A DNA stretch of 64,000 bases from an uncultured Chloroflexia bacterium. GTDB lineage: Bacteria; Chloroflexota; Limnocylindria; Limnocylindrales; CSP1-4. This document shows positions 1 to 11,028 of the stretch, one piece after another. Position 1 is the stretch's first letter. Each line of letters opens with the position of its first letter. Location: the NCBI GenBank assembly GCA_963721015.1, contig CAVRHM010000006.1, positions 141,399-205,398 of the forward strand. The letters run 5' to 3'. The notes beneath the pieces were generated by a model. That model was not told the DNA's origin. It worked only from the letters and a program-made list of their open reading frames with translations, and searched no databases. The translations under genes were made by a program, and so were the position numbers.

Positions 1-144
1 ACAGGTTGGTCTGGATGTTGTGGATGTCGAGTCCCACTTCGGCGAACCACGCGTCGTCCCAGATCCTGGCGAAGAACCCGCGATCGTCGCCGATGCGGGT
101 CGGTTCGATGAGCCAGGAGTCGTGAAGGCCGGCTGGGAGCCGCT

Positions 145-1258
145 TCATACGCTGGTGGTCGCCGCCGGATGGTCGGTCGCCGGGCGGGTCGTCGCCTGGG
201 TCGCGGGGTCGCGGTCCGCGCCGATGCCTGGTCGATCCAGCCAGAAGAACCGTTCGTCGATCTGGTGGGTGGCGAGGAGATGCTGGATCTGCTTGATCCG
301 GGTGTGGCCGCGGAACTCGAACAGCTCCGCGGTCATCTGGATCGCGCTGAACACGTCGAGCAGCTGCTGGGCGCCGCGTCGAACGTCGTAGCGCGTCTCG
401 AAGCCGGGCAGGTGATCGCGGATCTTGTCGAAGTTGGCCCGGTAGTTGCGATGGTCGCCGGAGCTGTCGCCGAACACCGTCGAGCAGTCGGGGAAGACGT
501 CCGCGATGATCTCCGCGATCTCGCGGATCTGGTAGTTCTGATCGTTGCTGCCGACGTTGAGGACCTCGGCGTGGATCGCCTCGCGCGGCGCGCCAAGGAC
601 CATGTCGATGGCCTGGCTGATGTCGAGGATGTGGACGAACGGCCGCCACGGACGTCCGTCGCTGTCCATCCGGATGACCTTCTCCGTCCAGGCGTGGCCG
701 GCCAGATCGTTGACGACGAGGTCGAAGCGCATCCGCGGTGACGCCCCGAACGCCGTCGCGTTACGCAGGAAGACCGGCGAGAAGTCGGCACTGGCCAGCG
801 GCCGCACGTCGCGCTCGACGAGGACCTTGCACTGGGCGTAGGCCGTCAGCGGATGGACCTCGGACGTCTCCGTGCTGTCGCTGTCGCCGGCCGCCCCGTA
901 CACGCTGCACGACGACATGTAGACGAACCGGCTCGACGCCGGCCTCGCGGGCCAGGGTCGCCAGGCGGACGCTGCCGAGGTGGTTGATCTCGAACGTGAT
1001 GTCCGGATTCAGGGCGCCGACCGGATCGTTCGACAGCTCGGCGAGATGGACGACGGCGTCGAAGCCGCGCAGATCGTCGACCGTGATCGCCCGGACATCC
1101 TTCGAGATCCAGGAGGGTGAGCGGTCGACGCCGTGGTACAGCCAGCCGACCCGGTGGAAGCCGGTGTCGAGGCCGGTCACGTCATGACCATGATCGAGCA
1201 GGTAGCCGGACAGGACGGTCCCGATGAAGCCTTCGCTGCCGGTGACAAGGACACGCAT
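145..1258 (-). CDS. NAD-dependent epimerase/dehydratase (extended SDR), apparent frameshift near 930
   Basis: N-terminus MRVLVTGSEGFIG (in ORF 761..1378) joins MSSCSVYG...AYAQCK...LRNATAFG (ORF 145..918); one extra base in GAGCCGGTTC breaks VERFVYMSS. Confidence 0.88.
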
Positions 1259-1554
1259 CGGCCCATGATGGACCAACACCGCCCCATCCGTGGTCCGCGG
1301 TCCCGGTGGCGTGGTGCGTGCAGGCCACGTCAACCGCCCGATCCCGCCCGCGACGGCCCGGGAGTACCTTCGGGCCATGGGCCGGTGGACCCCCGCGCGG
1401 GCACCATCCTGGTGCGGTCAGGCACCGCGCCCCGGACCGGCTCCTACGGGGACCGGCCAGGGCACCGACGCGGGGGTGCGTCGAGGATGGCATCATGCCG
1501 CCCGACGCGGACGCGACGGGGCGTGGCCGCTCAGGCTGATCGGAGTGCAAACAG

Positions 1555-2337
1555 GTGAAGGTCGTTCTCTTCTGCGGCGGACGGGGGCTCCGGCTGCGGG
1601 AGCATTCGGAGACGATCCCCAAACCGATGGTCACGGTCGGCTACCGGCCGATCCTGTGGCACGTCATGCGCTACTTCTCGCACTTCGGCCACAACGAGTT
1701 CATCCTGTGCCTGGGCTACCGCGCGGATGTCATCAAGGAGTACTTCCTCCACTACGAGGAGGCGCTATCCAACGACTTCGTCCTCGCTGACGGCGCCATC
1801 GAGCTCCTCCAGCGAGACATCGCGGGCTGGCGGATCAGCTTCGTCGACACGGGGCTCGACGCGAACATCGGACAACGCCTGCTGGCCGTCCGGCGACACA
1901 TCGGCGACGAGCCGTTCCTGGCCAACTACGGCGACGTCGTCACCGACGCCCCCCTCAACGACCGGATCGACCAGTTCATGGAGACGGACCTCGTCGGGTC
2001 GTTCCTCGCCGTCCGGCCCTCGAGCTACTCGTTCCACATGGTCCGCCTGGGCGAGGACGACCTCGTCGACGGGATCGAGGACGTCGGCGCGTCCGAGCTC
2101 TGGATCAACGGCGGATACTTCATCTTCCGGCCGGAGATCTTCGACTACATGAAGCCCGGCGAGGAGCTCATCGAGGAGCCGTTCGGCCGGCTCATCGCCG
2201 AGCGTCGGCTGAAGGCGGATCCGTATCGCGGCTACTGGGCCCCGATGGATACCCTGAAGGAGCTCCAGTCGCTCCAGACCGCGTACGACACGGGCCGGCC
2301 GCCATGGGCGGTCTGGCAGCCGGAGGCCGGCGACTGA
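1555..2337 (+). CDS. rfbF: glucose-1-phosphate cytidylyltransferase
   Basis: MKVVLFCGGRGLRL, PKPMV, YGD, WINGGYF and GYWAPMDTLKE motifs. Confidence 0.9.
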   Translation: MKVVLFCGGRGLRLREHSETIPKPMVTVGYRPILWHVMRYFSHFGHNEFILCLGYRADVIKEYFLHYEEALSNDFVLADGAIELLQRDIAGWRISFVDTGLDANIGQRLLAVRRHIGDEPFLANYGDVVTDAPLNDRIDQFMETDLVGSFLAVRPSSYSFHMVRLGEDDLVDGIEDVGASELWINGGYFIFRPEIFDYMKPGEELIEEPFGRLIAERRLKADPYRGYWAPMDTLKELQSLQTAYDTGRPPWAVWQPEAGD

Positions 2338-2340
2338 TCG

Positions 2341-2979
2341 ATGCGGACCCTGGAGCTCGCGCCCGGCCGGGCGCTCGACATGCTCGTCCTGGGCGCCCAC
2401 GCCGACGACATCGAGATCGGCGCCGGCGGCACGATCCTGCGCCTGCTCGACGAGCACCCGGGCAGCCGGGTGCGCTGGGTGGTCGCCTCGGCCACGGCCG
2501 AGCGCGCGGCCGAGGCCCGAGCCAGCGCGGCGGCCTTCGCGGCAGCGGCGGCGAGCCTGGACGTCATCGTCGGCGACCTGCCGGACGGCCGGTTCCCGGC
2601 GGCCACCAGCGCCGTCAAGGACCTCCTGGAGCCGCTCAAGGCCGCGCCCGTCGACCTCATCGTGGCCCCGCACACCGGCGATGCCCACCAGGACCACCGG
2701 ACGCTCGCCGAGACCGTGTGGCAGACGTTCCGCGACCACCTGGTCGTTGGCTACGAGATCGCCAAGTACGATGGCGACCTGGGCCGTCCCAACCTGTATG
2801 TGTCGCTGGATCCCGCGATCGTCGACCGCAAGGTCACCTTGCTCGATCGGCACTTCCCATCGCAGCACGACCGGACGTGGTGGGACCATGAGGCCTTCAC
2901 GGCGATCCTGCGGCTGCGGGGCATCGAGGCGCAGGTCCGCTACGCCGAAGCCTTCCATGCGCCGAAGGTCGTGCTGTGA
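2341..2979 (+). CDS. PIG-L/LmbE family deacetylase
   Basis: GAHADDIEIG and DAHQDH metal-binding motifs; C-terminal YAEAF. Confidence 0.9.
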   Translation: MRTLELAPGRALDMLVLGAHADDIEIGAGGTILRLLDEHPGSRVRWVVASATAERAAEARASAAAFAAAAASLDVIVGDLPDGRFPAATSAVKDLLEPLKAAPVDLIVAPHTGDAHQDHRTLAETVWQTFRDHLVVGYEIAKYDGDLGRPNLYVSLDPAIVDRKVTLLDRHFPSQHDRTWWDHEAFTAILRLRGIEAQVRYAEAFHAPKVVL

Positions 2980-3096
2980 GGGCCCATCCGACCGGAGGGC
3001 GAGTCAGCGGTCCTTCACGCATACTGCGAGCCGCTCGACCGACCATCCAGCGTCATCTTCCTCATCACGGTCACCGTTCCTAAGAGGCATCCGAAC

Positions 3097-3729
3097 ATGG
3101 AGATGCGGACCTGGCTCCGTGAGATCTGGCGATACGTCCTTATCATCGTCGTGGCCGTCGTCGCCACGGCCGCATTCGCCTATGTCGTGACCAGCCTCGG
3201 CACGAAGACGTACACGGCCGACGCCCGCATCGTCGTCACGGCCGGCCTGGGAACGAACGGGGCCGGGCTCGATGACATCCTGGCGGCGCCGCAGGTCGGA
3301 CAGACCTACGCGACGATGGCGACGACGCGCCCCATCCTCGAAGAGGTCGTGGACCGCGCCCGCCTGCCGTACGACGCGAGTGGGCTGGCCGAACGACTGC
3401 GGGTCACGACCGAGGCGAATCAGCCGTTCCTCATCCTCGCGGTCACCGATGAGGACCCGGAGCTCGCAGCGGCCGCGACGGCCGCGCTCGCCGACGTCCT
3501 CGTCGAGGCCTCCACGTCGACGGTGACGAATGCATCCGGCGAGGCGACCCAGGTCCGCCTGCTGTCCATCGTCGAGCAGGCCGAGGTCCCGGCCGAGCCG
3601 TCCGGCCCGCGCGTGCTGTTCAACACGGCCTTGAGCGCTGGCGTCGCCCTGGTCGTGGTCCTGTTCGGGTTGGCGTTCGTCGCATACGTCCGGGACGGGC
3701 AGCAGGCCGAGCCGACGACCGGCACGTGA
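3097..3729 (+). CDS. Wzz/CpsC/CapA-like polysaccharide chain-length/co-polymerase protein
   Basis: two TM helices flanking a soluble loop; YTADARIVV and Pro-rich AEVPAEPSGPR before the second TM. Confidence 0.8.
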   Translation: MEMRTWLREIWRYVLIIVVAVVATAAFAYVVTSLGTKTYTADARIVVTAGLGTNGAGLDDILAAPQVGQTYATMATTRPILEEVVDRARLPYDASGLAERLRVTTEANQPFLILAVTDEDPELAAAATAALADVLVEASTSTVTNASGEATQVRLLSIVEQAEVPAEPSGPRVLFNTALSAGVALVVVLFGLAFVAYVRDGQQAEPTTGT

Positions 3730-4667
3730 AGGTCCTCGTCACCGGAGGTGCCGGGTTCATCGGCCACCACCTGGTCCGCGCCCTGGTCGCCCGCGGCGAT
3801 GACGTGGTCGTGCTCGACGATCTCAGCACCGGCCGGCTGGAGCGCCTGGCCGCGGCCCCGACCGTCCGGATCGTCCAGGCCGACCTTCGCGACGGGGCCG
3901 CCGTGACCGAAGCCGTGCGCGACTGCGACGTCATCTTCCACCAGGCGGCCCTGGCCTCGGTCGTCGGATCGGTGGCCGATCCCGTCGAAGCCAACGCGGT
4001 CAACGTGGACGGCACGGTCCGACTCATGGTCGAGGCGGCCCGAGCCCGGGTCCGGCGCGTCATCGTCGCCAGCTCGTCGGCGGTCTATGGCGACGATCCG
4101 CAGCTGCCCAGCCGCGAGACCGACCGCGCCGAGCCCGCGTCGCCGTATGCCACGAGCAAGCTGGCGGCGGAGGGCTACCTCCACACCATCGGCGCCACGA
4201 CCGGCGTCGAGACCGTCGCGTTGCGCTACTTCAACGTGTACGGGCCCGGCCAGGACCCGGATGCGGAGTACGCCGCGGTCGTGCCCCGGTTCATCCAGGC
4301 CGGCCTAGCCGGCCGCCAGCCGGTGATCTATGGCGACGGGCAGCAGACCCGCGACTTCATCTTCGTCGAGGATGTCGTCCGGGCCAACCTGTGCGCCGCC
4401 GATACGCCGGGGCTGACCGGCCTGACCGCGAACGTCGGATCCGGGTCGCGGGCCAGCCTGCTCGACCTGCTCGACGCGGTCGGGGCGGCGGTGGGGCGTG
4501 CCTTCGAGCCGGGATTCGAGACCGACCGGCCCGGCGACGTCCGCGATTCCCAGGCGGACCCGCAGCTGGCGGCGGACCGCTTCGGCTTCCGCGCGCAGGT
4601 GGCGCTCGGCGATGGCATCGGCCGCACGACGGCCTGGTATCGAGCCACCGCCGACAGCGCCGGGTGA
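3726..4667 (+). CDS. NAD-dependent UDP-sugar 4-epimerase (WbpP/GalE-like), copy 1
   Basis: GGAGFIG, HQAA, SSSAVYG, YATSK, LRYFNVYGP; GTGA overlap with upstream gene. Confidence 0.92.
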   Translation: MKVLVTGGAGFIGHHLVRALVARGDDVVVLDDLSTGRLERLAAAPTVRIVQADLRDGAAVTEAVRDCDVIFHQAALASVVGSVADPVEANAVNVDGTVRLMVEAARARVRRVIVASSSAVYGDDPQLPSRETDRAEPASPYATSKLAAEGYLHTIGATTGVETVALRYFNVYGPGQDPDAEYAAVVPRFIQAGLAGRQPVIYGDGQQTRDFIFVEDVVRANLCAADTPGLTGLTANVGSGSRASLLDLLDAVGAAVGRAFEPGFETDRPGDVRDSQADPQLAADRFGFRAQVALGDGIGRTTAWYRATADSAG

Positions 4668-4717
4668 TCGCCCCGCGATGAGCCGCGTGCCTGACTGCCG
4701 ACCCCCGGCATCGTCCG

Positions 4718-5848
4718 ATGACTAAGCCGCCGGACGACGCCCCGCCGCGCCTCACGATGTTCATCTCGTCGCTGGTGACCGGTGGCGCTGAGCGAGTCAT
4801 GATCGAGCTGGCCAACCACTGGGCCGGCCGGGGCTGGTCGATCACGCTCATCCACTATGGGTCGCCGGACGTTCCCGCGGCGTTCCCACTCGATCCTCGC
4901 GTCCGGGAGGTCCCGCTCGGACTCCATCGCGTCTCCGGCAACCCGATCGCGGCGGTGCGCAACAACCTCCATCGGATCCGGGTCGTGCGGCGGGCCATCC
5001 GCGAGTCCCGTCCGGACGTCGTGCTGTCGTTCATGGCCAATGTCGTCGCCCTGCTGGCGACGCTCGGCCTGCGCGTCCCGGTGCTGGTCAGCGAACATCG
5101 CGGACCGCGAGGCGAACTGAGCCGCACGTGGGAGCTCCTGCGGGAGATCACCTACCGCCGCGCCGCGTTCGTCGTGATGCTCACCCAGAGCGCCCTTGAC
5201 CACCTCTCCCCGGCGCTTCGTCGACGCGGGGCGATCGTCCCGAATCCGCTGCCGGCCGCCTTCCTGGCGCGGCCGCCACTGGCGACCGAGGACGCTGCGA
5301 CCACGGATCCGATCATCCTCGGCCTCGGGCGCCTTGGACCCGAGAAGGGGTTCGACGTGCTCATGGAGGCGTTCGCCCGGATCGCGCCGCAGCACCCGGC
5401 GGTCAAGGTCGTCATCTGGGGCGAGGGTGATTCGCGTCCCGACCTGGAGCGCCGGCGCCAGGAGCTGGGCCTCGTCGACCGGGTCGAGCTGCCCGGGAAC
5501 ACCGCGGAGCCGGAACGTGAGCTCGCGTCCGCGTCCATCTTCGTCCTGTCGTCCCGCAAGGAGGGCCTGCCGATGGCCCTCATCGAGGCGATGGCCATGG
5601 GCCGGCCGTCGATCGCCTTCGATTGCGAGCACGGACCGCGCGACATCATCACCGACGGCGTCGATGGCATCCTGCTACCCCCGGGCGACATGGAAGGCCT
5701 AGCGGCCGCGATGGACCGGCTGCTGAGTGACGACGCGCTGCGGACGGAGCTCGGGCGTCGTGCCGTCGCCGTCCGCGAGCGCTATACGATCGAGGCCGTG
5801 ACCGCCCGCTGGGAAGCCCTGTTCGCCGCCGCCATGAGCGCCCGATGA
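4718..5848 (+). CDS. glycosyltransferase family 4 (PglH/AmsD-like)
   Basis: GGAERV, GRLGPEKG and EGLPMALIEAMAMG (EX7E) motifs. Confidence 0.92.
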   Translation: MTKPPDDAPPRLTMFISSLVTGGAERVMIELANHWAGRGWSITLIHYGSPDVPAAFPLDPRVREVPLGLHRVSGNPIAAVRNNLHRIRVVRRAIRESRPDVVLSFMANVVALLATLGLRVPVLVSEHRGPRGELSRTWELLREITYRRAAFVVMLTQSALDHLSPALRRRGAIVPNPLPAAFLARPPLATEDAATTDPIILGLGRLGPEKGFDVLMEAFARIAPQHPAVKVVIWGEGDSRPDLERRRQELGLVDRVELPGNTAEPERELASASIFVLSSRKEGLPMALIEAMAMGRPSIAFDCEHGPRDIITDGVDGILLPPGDMEGLAAAMDRLLSDDALRTELGRRAVAVRERYTIEAVTARWEALFAAAMSAR

Positions 5849-7267
5849 CCGCCATCGCCCGACCGCCGGTCGGCCTCGCGCCGGCGGATGCGGCCCGGAA
5901 GGCGTCGCGGGCGCGCGTCTGGGCGCGCGGCCAGCTCGCGTTCGGCGTCGCGCTGGCCGTCGGCTACCTCGTCACCGTGGGACTCGGGGTGGATCAGATC
6001 GCCGTGCTATTCGTGGGCCTTGGCGCGGCCGTGGCCGTCATCTGGCCGGCGTCCGGCCTGGCGATGCTCATCCTCGTCACGCCGATGCTCGAGCCGGAGA
6101 TCCTCGTGCCGGTCCGGACCAATGCCGTCCTGGCTGGGGCCACGCTGCTGGGCTGCGCCCTACGCCTGCCGTTCGACCGGCGACCGATGCACCTCCATCC
6201 CGGGGTCATCCTGCTGATCGGCTATGTGGCCCTCTCGTTCCTGAGCATCGCGCCGGCCATCAGCGGCGACCTGGAGCCGTGGTGGCCGTCCGCGCTGAAC
6301 GAGGCGGTCCGCTTCGCCTCGGGCGTGGCCTTCTTCCTGTCCGCGGCCTACCTGTTCCGGACGGTGCCGGTCAAGCCCTACCTGGCCCTCGGGTTCATCG
6401 GCGGCGGCCGTCGTCGGCATCCTGGCGGTCGGCGACATGACCGGCGTGCCTCCGCTGCCGAGCGATCGTCGACGGGTCTGGTCGGACACGACACCGGCGC
6501 TCGTGCCGGCGGCACGTTCTCCGACCCGAACTTCCTGGGGTTGTACCTGGCGACCGTCGTCGTCTTCGGGGCCGGCGCCCTCGGCATAGCTGCGCGGCGG
6601 GACCCGGCTCGCGGTCGGGCTCATCGTCGTCCTGCTCGTGGCCGCCCTGGCCCTGTCCTATTCGCGGGGCGCCTACGTCGGCGCGACGGCCGGGATCGTG
6701 ACCCTGATCTGGTTCCGCAACCGCGGGGCGGCGATCATGTCGCTCGTCGCGGTCCTCGTCGTGGCGGTCCTGCTCTACCCGCTCTTCCTCGAATTCCGTC
6801 AGGGCCAGGCGCTGAGCCCCATGGACCTCATCGACCAGGGCCTCAGCGAAGGCAGTCGCCGGGCGGTCGTCGAAGCGGGATTCGCGATGTTCCTGGCCGC
6901 CCCGATCCTCGGCCTCGGGTTCGGGACCTTCCAGTTCCTGAGTGCGGCCTATCTGGGTGGCGCGCGGGCCGACACGACCTTCTCGCACAATCAGTTCGTC
7001 GAGATCCTGGCGGAACAGGGGATCGTCGGCACGTTGCTGGTCGCGACGATGGTCGTCGTCGCCGCCATCGAGCTCGAACGATCCGCGCACCCGCTCCGGT
7101 ACGCGGCGATGGCCATGGGGGTCGCCCTCATGGTCACGTCCGCGTTCCTGCACAGCACGTCGTCGTTCCAGGCCCTGAGCTTCGCCTGGCTTGCGCTCGC
7201 CGTCACGTTCAGTCCATGGCGGACGCCGAATGGCCGAACGCCGGCCACCACTATGGGGGAGACCTAG
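5845..7267 (+). CDS. O-antigen ligase/Wzy-type polymerase family membrane protein, several apparent indels in 6400-6610
   Basis: many TM segments; RAGGTFSDPN in one frame, then SYSRGAY, PILGLGFG and SHNQFVEILAEQGIVG in ORF 6638..7267. Confidence 0.85.
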
Positions 7268-7271
7268 CGAC

Positions 7272-8231
7272 ATGCGGATCCTGGTAACCGGCGGGGCCGG
7301 CTTCATCGGCCATCATCTCGTGCTGGCCCTGCTCGAGCGTGGCGACGACGTCGTCGTGCTCGACGACTTCAGCACCGGCCTCCGCCACCGGCTGGCACCC
7401 GTCGTGGACCGGATCGAGCTCGTCGAGGGCGACATCCGCGAACCGGCGCACGTCGAGCGGGCGATGCGGGACGTCGCCGTGGTCCTGCACCAGGCGGCCA
7501 TCCCGTCCGTTGCCCGGTCGGTCGCCGACCCGGTACGGTCCAACAGCGTCAACGTCGACGGCACGATCCAGGTCATGCTCGGCGCGGCCGCGGCCGGCGT
7601 GCGACGGGTCGTGATGGCCGGATCGTCGTCGGTCTACGGGGCCAGCCCGGAGCTGCCGCGTCGGGAGACGCAGCGGCCCGACCCACGTTCGCCCTATGCC
7701 GTCAGCAAGCTGGCCGGTGAGCAGTACCTGCACACGCTGGGCGAGCTGCACGGCATCGAGACCGTGGTCCTGCGCTATTTCAACGTCTTCGGGCCGGCCC
7801 AGGATCCGGCGTCGCAGTACGCCGCGGTCGTCCCGAAGTTCATCACAGCGGCGCTGGACGGGGTCGCGCCCGTGGTCCACGGCGATGGCCGGCAGTCGCG
7901 CGACTTCACGTTCATCGACAACGTGGTGTCCGCCAACCTCCTCGCGGCGACCGTGCCCGGGGTGACCGGCCTGACCGCGAACGTCGGGTGCGGGGGTCGG
8001 TTCGATCTCCTCGACCTGCTCGACCGCATCGGCGCCGCGGTCGGCCCCATGGAACCCCCCGTGTTCGAACCGACACGAGCCGGGGACGTGCGCGACTCCG
8101 AGGCGGACATCACGATCGCCCGCGAGCACCTGGGCTACGACGTCCTCGTCTCGTTCGATGAGGGGGTCCGGCGCACGGTCGAGTGGTACCGGGACCAGCG
8201 CGTCGCGGTGGGCGGCCGACCGGGGGGATGA
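7272..8231 (+). CDS. NAD-dependent UDP-sugar 4-epimerase, copy 2
   Basis: MRILVTGGAGFIG, HQAAIPSV, YAVSK, LRYFNVFGP; close paralog of 3726..4667. Confidence 0.92.
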   Translation: MRILVTGGAGFIGHHLVLALLERGDDVVVLDDFSTGLRHRLAPVVDRIELVEGDIREPAHVERAMRDVAVVLHQAAIPSVARSVADPVRSNSVNVDGTIQVMLGAAAAGVRRVVMAGSSSVYGASPELPRRETQRPDPRSPYAVSKLAGEQYLHTLGELHGIETVVLRYFNVFGPAQDPASQYAAVVPKFITAALDGVAPVVHGDGRQSRDFTFIDNVVSANLLAATVPGVTGLTANVGCGGRFDLLDLLDRIGAAVGPMEPPVFEPTRAGDVRDSEADITIAREHLGYDVLVSFDEGVRRTVEWYRDQRVAVGGRPGG

Positions 8232-9865
8232 CCGAACCCCAGGACCCGGACCTCGATCCCGCATCGTCGGGCCTCCGCGACCTGCCCGACGACCCCGACG
8301 AGAGCCCGTCGAGCCTGCTTCGCGGTGCGACCAAGACGGCGGCGCTGCTCACCGTCGCGGGCCTCGTCGGCCAGGTCTTCGCCCTCATCCGGGAGCTCTA
8401 CGTGGCCGACAAGGTCGGCGTCTCCCAGGACCTCGACGCCCTGCTCGTGGCCGCGGTCGCTCCGACCATCCTCGCCAGCATCCTGGCCAGCGGCGCCTCG
8501 GCGGCGATGGTCCCGAGCTATCTGGCGGTCGAGCGAGACCGCGGTCGCCAGGCGGCCGACCGGCTGCTCGGGACGACCCTGACCTGGATCATCATCATCG
8601 GTCTGATCCTGACGGTCGTCATCGTCGCCGGCGCCGGCGTCGTCATCGCCATCGCCGGACCGGGGCTGGACGCGACCGCTCGGGAGGTCGGCATCAGCTA
8701 CGTGCCGATCGTCGCCCCGATGCTCGTGTTCGCGTGCTTCGGCAGCATGCTGGCGGCCACCTTCCAGGTCCACGACCGGATGCGGGCCATCGCCGTGGCG
8801 TGGCTGCTGGGGCCGGTCGCCTCGGTCGTGGTCACGATCGGGCTCTGGGATCGCGTGGGCCTGACGGCGCTGGCCGTGAGCATGAGCGTGCAGCAGGCGA
8901 CCATCGTCATCGTCATGGTCATCGCCGCCATCCGCTACGGCATCCTGCCGCCGATCAGCGTCCGGGTCGACCCCCAGGTGAGCGGGCCATTCGTCCGCCA
9001 CGCCGCGCCGCTGATGATCAGCTCCTCCGTGCTCCAGTTCAACCTCCTGACCGACCGAGCCATCGCGACGCTGGTCACCCCGGGTGCGGTCAGCGCCTTG
9101 CGCTATGCGGAAGGCGTCATCCGCATCCCGATGAACGCGATCATCCCGGCCTGGACCGCCGCGATCTACCCCGCCCTCGTCCGCGCGTCGCTGCTCGGCG
9201 CGTCAGGGTCCCTGGGCCAGACGTCGGCCAGCGCCCTGCGCTACGTCGTCGTCATCTTCGTCCCGCTGTCGGTCGCCACGGCGGCCCTCGCGCCGGTCAT
9301 CGTCGACGTGGCCTATGTCCGCGGCGCATTCGATGAGCGGGCGGCCACGCTGACCACGGCGGCCCTGGCCGGGTTCGCCCCGCTGCTCGTCCTGACCATG
9401 GCCAACGCCGTGCTGACCGGTGCGCACAACGCCAGGCAGCGCGGCATCTTCCTCATGCAGATGGGGTTCCTGGATGCCAGCCTGAACGCGGTCTTCAACG
9501 TCGGCCTGGGCCTGCTCATCGGCGTGGCCGGCATCGCGCTGTCGACGTCGCTGACGATGGGCATCGTCCAGTTCCTGAAGGCCTGGCGCCTCGGCGCCCT
9601 CGATCGGGACTTCCCGTTGGGCGCGTTCATGGTCGTCAGCGCCCGAGCGCTGGCCGCCAGCCTCGTCGTCGGCCTGCCGATCGCTCTCCTGGCCTGGAAC
9701 GCGCCCCATGGCATCGGGACGCTGCCGTCGCTGGGCATCCTGGTCGTCCTCAGCGCCGTCGGGATGGTCGCCTACATCGCGGTCGCCTGGGTCATCGGGC
9801 TGCGCGAGCCATGGACGGTCGCGCGTGTGCTCATCCACGCGCCGCGCCGGCTGCGACCCGGATGA
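8228..9865 (+). CDS. murJ: MurJ/MviN-like MOP-family flippase
   Basis: many TM helices; LIRE...VG, DRAIAT...GAVSALRYA and RGAFD motifs; located inside the polysaccharide operon. Confidence 0.8.
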   Translation: MTEPQDPDLDPASSGLRDLPDDPDESPSSLLRGATKTAALLTVAGLVGQVFALIRELYVADKVGVSQDLDALLVAAVAPTILASILASGASAAMVPSYLAVERDRGRQAADRLLGTTLTWIIIIGLILTVVIVAGAGVVIAIAGPGLDATAREVGISYVPIVAPMLVFACFGSMLAATFQVHDRMRAIAVAWLLGPVASVVVTIGLWDRVGLTALAVSMSVQQATIVIVMVIAAIRYGILPPISVRVDPQVSGPFVRHAAPLMISSSVLQFNLLTDRAIATLVTPGAVSALRYAEGVIRIPMNAIIPAWTAAIYPALVRASLLGASGSLGQTSASALRYVVVIFVPLSVATAALAPVIVDVAYVRGAFDERAATLTTAALAGFAPLLVLTMANAVLTGAHNARQRGIFLMQMGFLDASLNAVFNVGLGLLIGVAGIALSTSLTMGIVQFLKAWRLGALDRDFPLGAFMVVSARALAASLVVGLPIALLAWNAPHGIGTLPSLGILVVLSAVGMVAYIAVAWVIGLREPWTVARVLIHAPRRLRPG

Positions 9866-11028
9866 CCACCTCGCCGCGCATCCGGGTCATGTACCCGACC
9901 ACGCTGCTGCCGGGCGGAGCCGAGCGCCAGCTCATGCTCCTGGCGGAGCACCTGCCCCGCGATCGGTTCGACGTGTCGTTCGTCATGTTCCAGGCGATGA
10001 CCCCGATGGGCCTGGAGGCGCAGCGCCTGGGCGCGACGGTCCACGCCCTGCCGGCCCCGCGCCGGGCCGGTCAGCCGATGCCGATGTTCGGTCTGAAGGT
10101 CGTGCGCCAGATCGGCGCCTACGTCCGGCTGTGCCGTCGCGAGCGCTTCGACATCGTGGATGCGTGGCTGTATCTCGGCTACGGCCTCGCGGCCCTGACC
10201 CGACCCGTGGCGAGGGTCCCGGTCCTCATCGCCGGACGACGCAGCCTCGGTGGGTTCAAGGACCGCTTCGGTCCGGTCGACCGGACGATCGACGCCATCG
10301 CCCGGCGATCGGCCGACGTCGTCGTCGCCAATGCCCGGGCCGTGGCCGACGATGCCATCCGACGCGAGCGCCTGGCGCCGTCACGCGTCCGGGTCATCCG
10401 GAACGGCGTGGCGATCCCGCCACCGACGACAGCGGACCGCCGGGCGGCGGCGCACGCGGCGATGGGGATCACGGACGATGCGCCGGTCGTCGGGTGCATC
10501 GGGACGTTCAAGCCGGGCAAGGGCCAGGACCTCGTCCTGCAGGCGTTCGCCAGCGCACGGGCCGGGACGGGCCGACCCGCCTGGTTGGTGTTCGTCGGTG
10601 ATGGCCCGACGCGGCCGGCGGTCGAGTCGGCCGTGCGCGCCGCCGGGTTGGACCGCGTCGTGTTCCAGGGCACCGTGCCTGATGCCCGGTCGCTGTATGA
10701 CGGGATGGACATCGTCGCGTCCGGGTCCGACGCCGAAGGTCTGCCGAACGTGGTCCTCGAGGCGGCGGCGGCCGGTCGGCCGGTCGTCGCCACGGCGGCC
10801 GGTGGCACGGCTGAGGTCATCCAGGACGGCGCGACCGGACGTCTCGTCCCCGTCGGCGACGAGCCAGGACTCGGCCGGGCCCTGGCCGACCTCCTCGCCG
10901 AGCCCGAGGCGGGCCGCCGCCTGGGCGTCGCGGCTCGGGCGGACGTGGCCATCCGCTTCGGCATCGACCGGTTCGTCGCCGAGACCGCGGCGTTGTACGA
11001 GGAGATGGATCGCCGCCATGGACGATGA
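9862..11028 (+). CDS. glycosyltransferase family 4
   Basis: GGAERQ, KGQD, EGLPNVVLEAAAAG. Confidence 0.92.
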   Translation: MTTSPRIRVMYPTTLLPGGAERQLMLLAEHLPRDRFDVSFVMFQAMTPMGLEAQRLGATVHALPAPRRAGQPMPMFGLKVVRQIGAYVRLCRRERFDIVDAWLYLGYGLAALTRPVARVPVLIAGRRSLGGFKDRFGPVDRTIDAIARRSADVVVANARAVADDAIRRERLAPSRVRVIRNGVAIPPPTTADRRAAAHAAMGITDDAPVVGCIGTFKPGKGQDLVLQAFASARAGTGRPAWLVFVGDGPTRPAVESAVRAAGLDRVVFQGTVPDARSLYDGMDIVASGSDAEGLPNVVLEAAAAGRPVVATAAGGTAEVIQDGATGRLVPVGDEPGLGRALADLLAEPEAGRRLGVAARADVAIRFGIDRFVAETAALYEEMDRRHGR

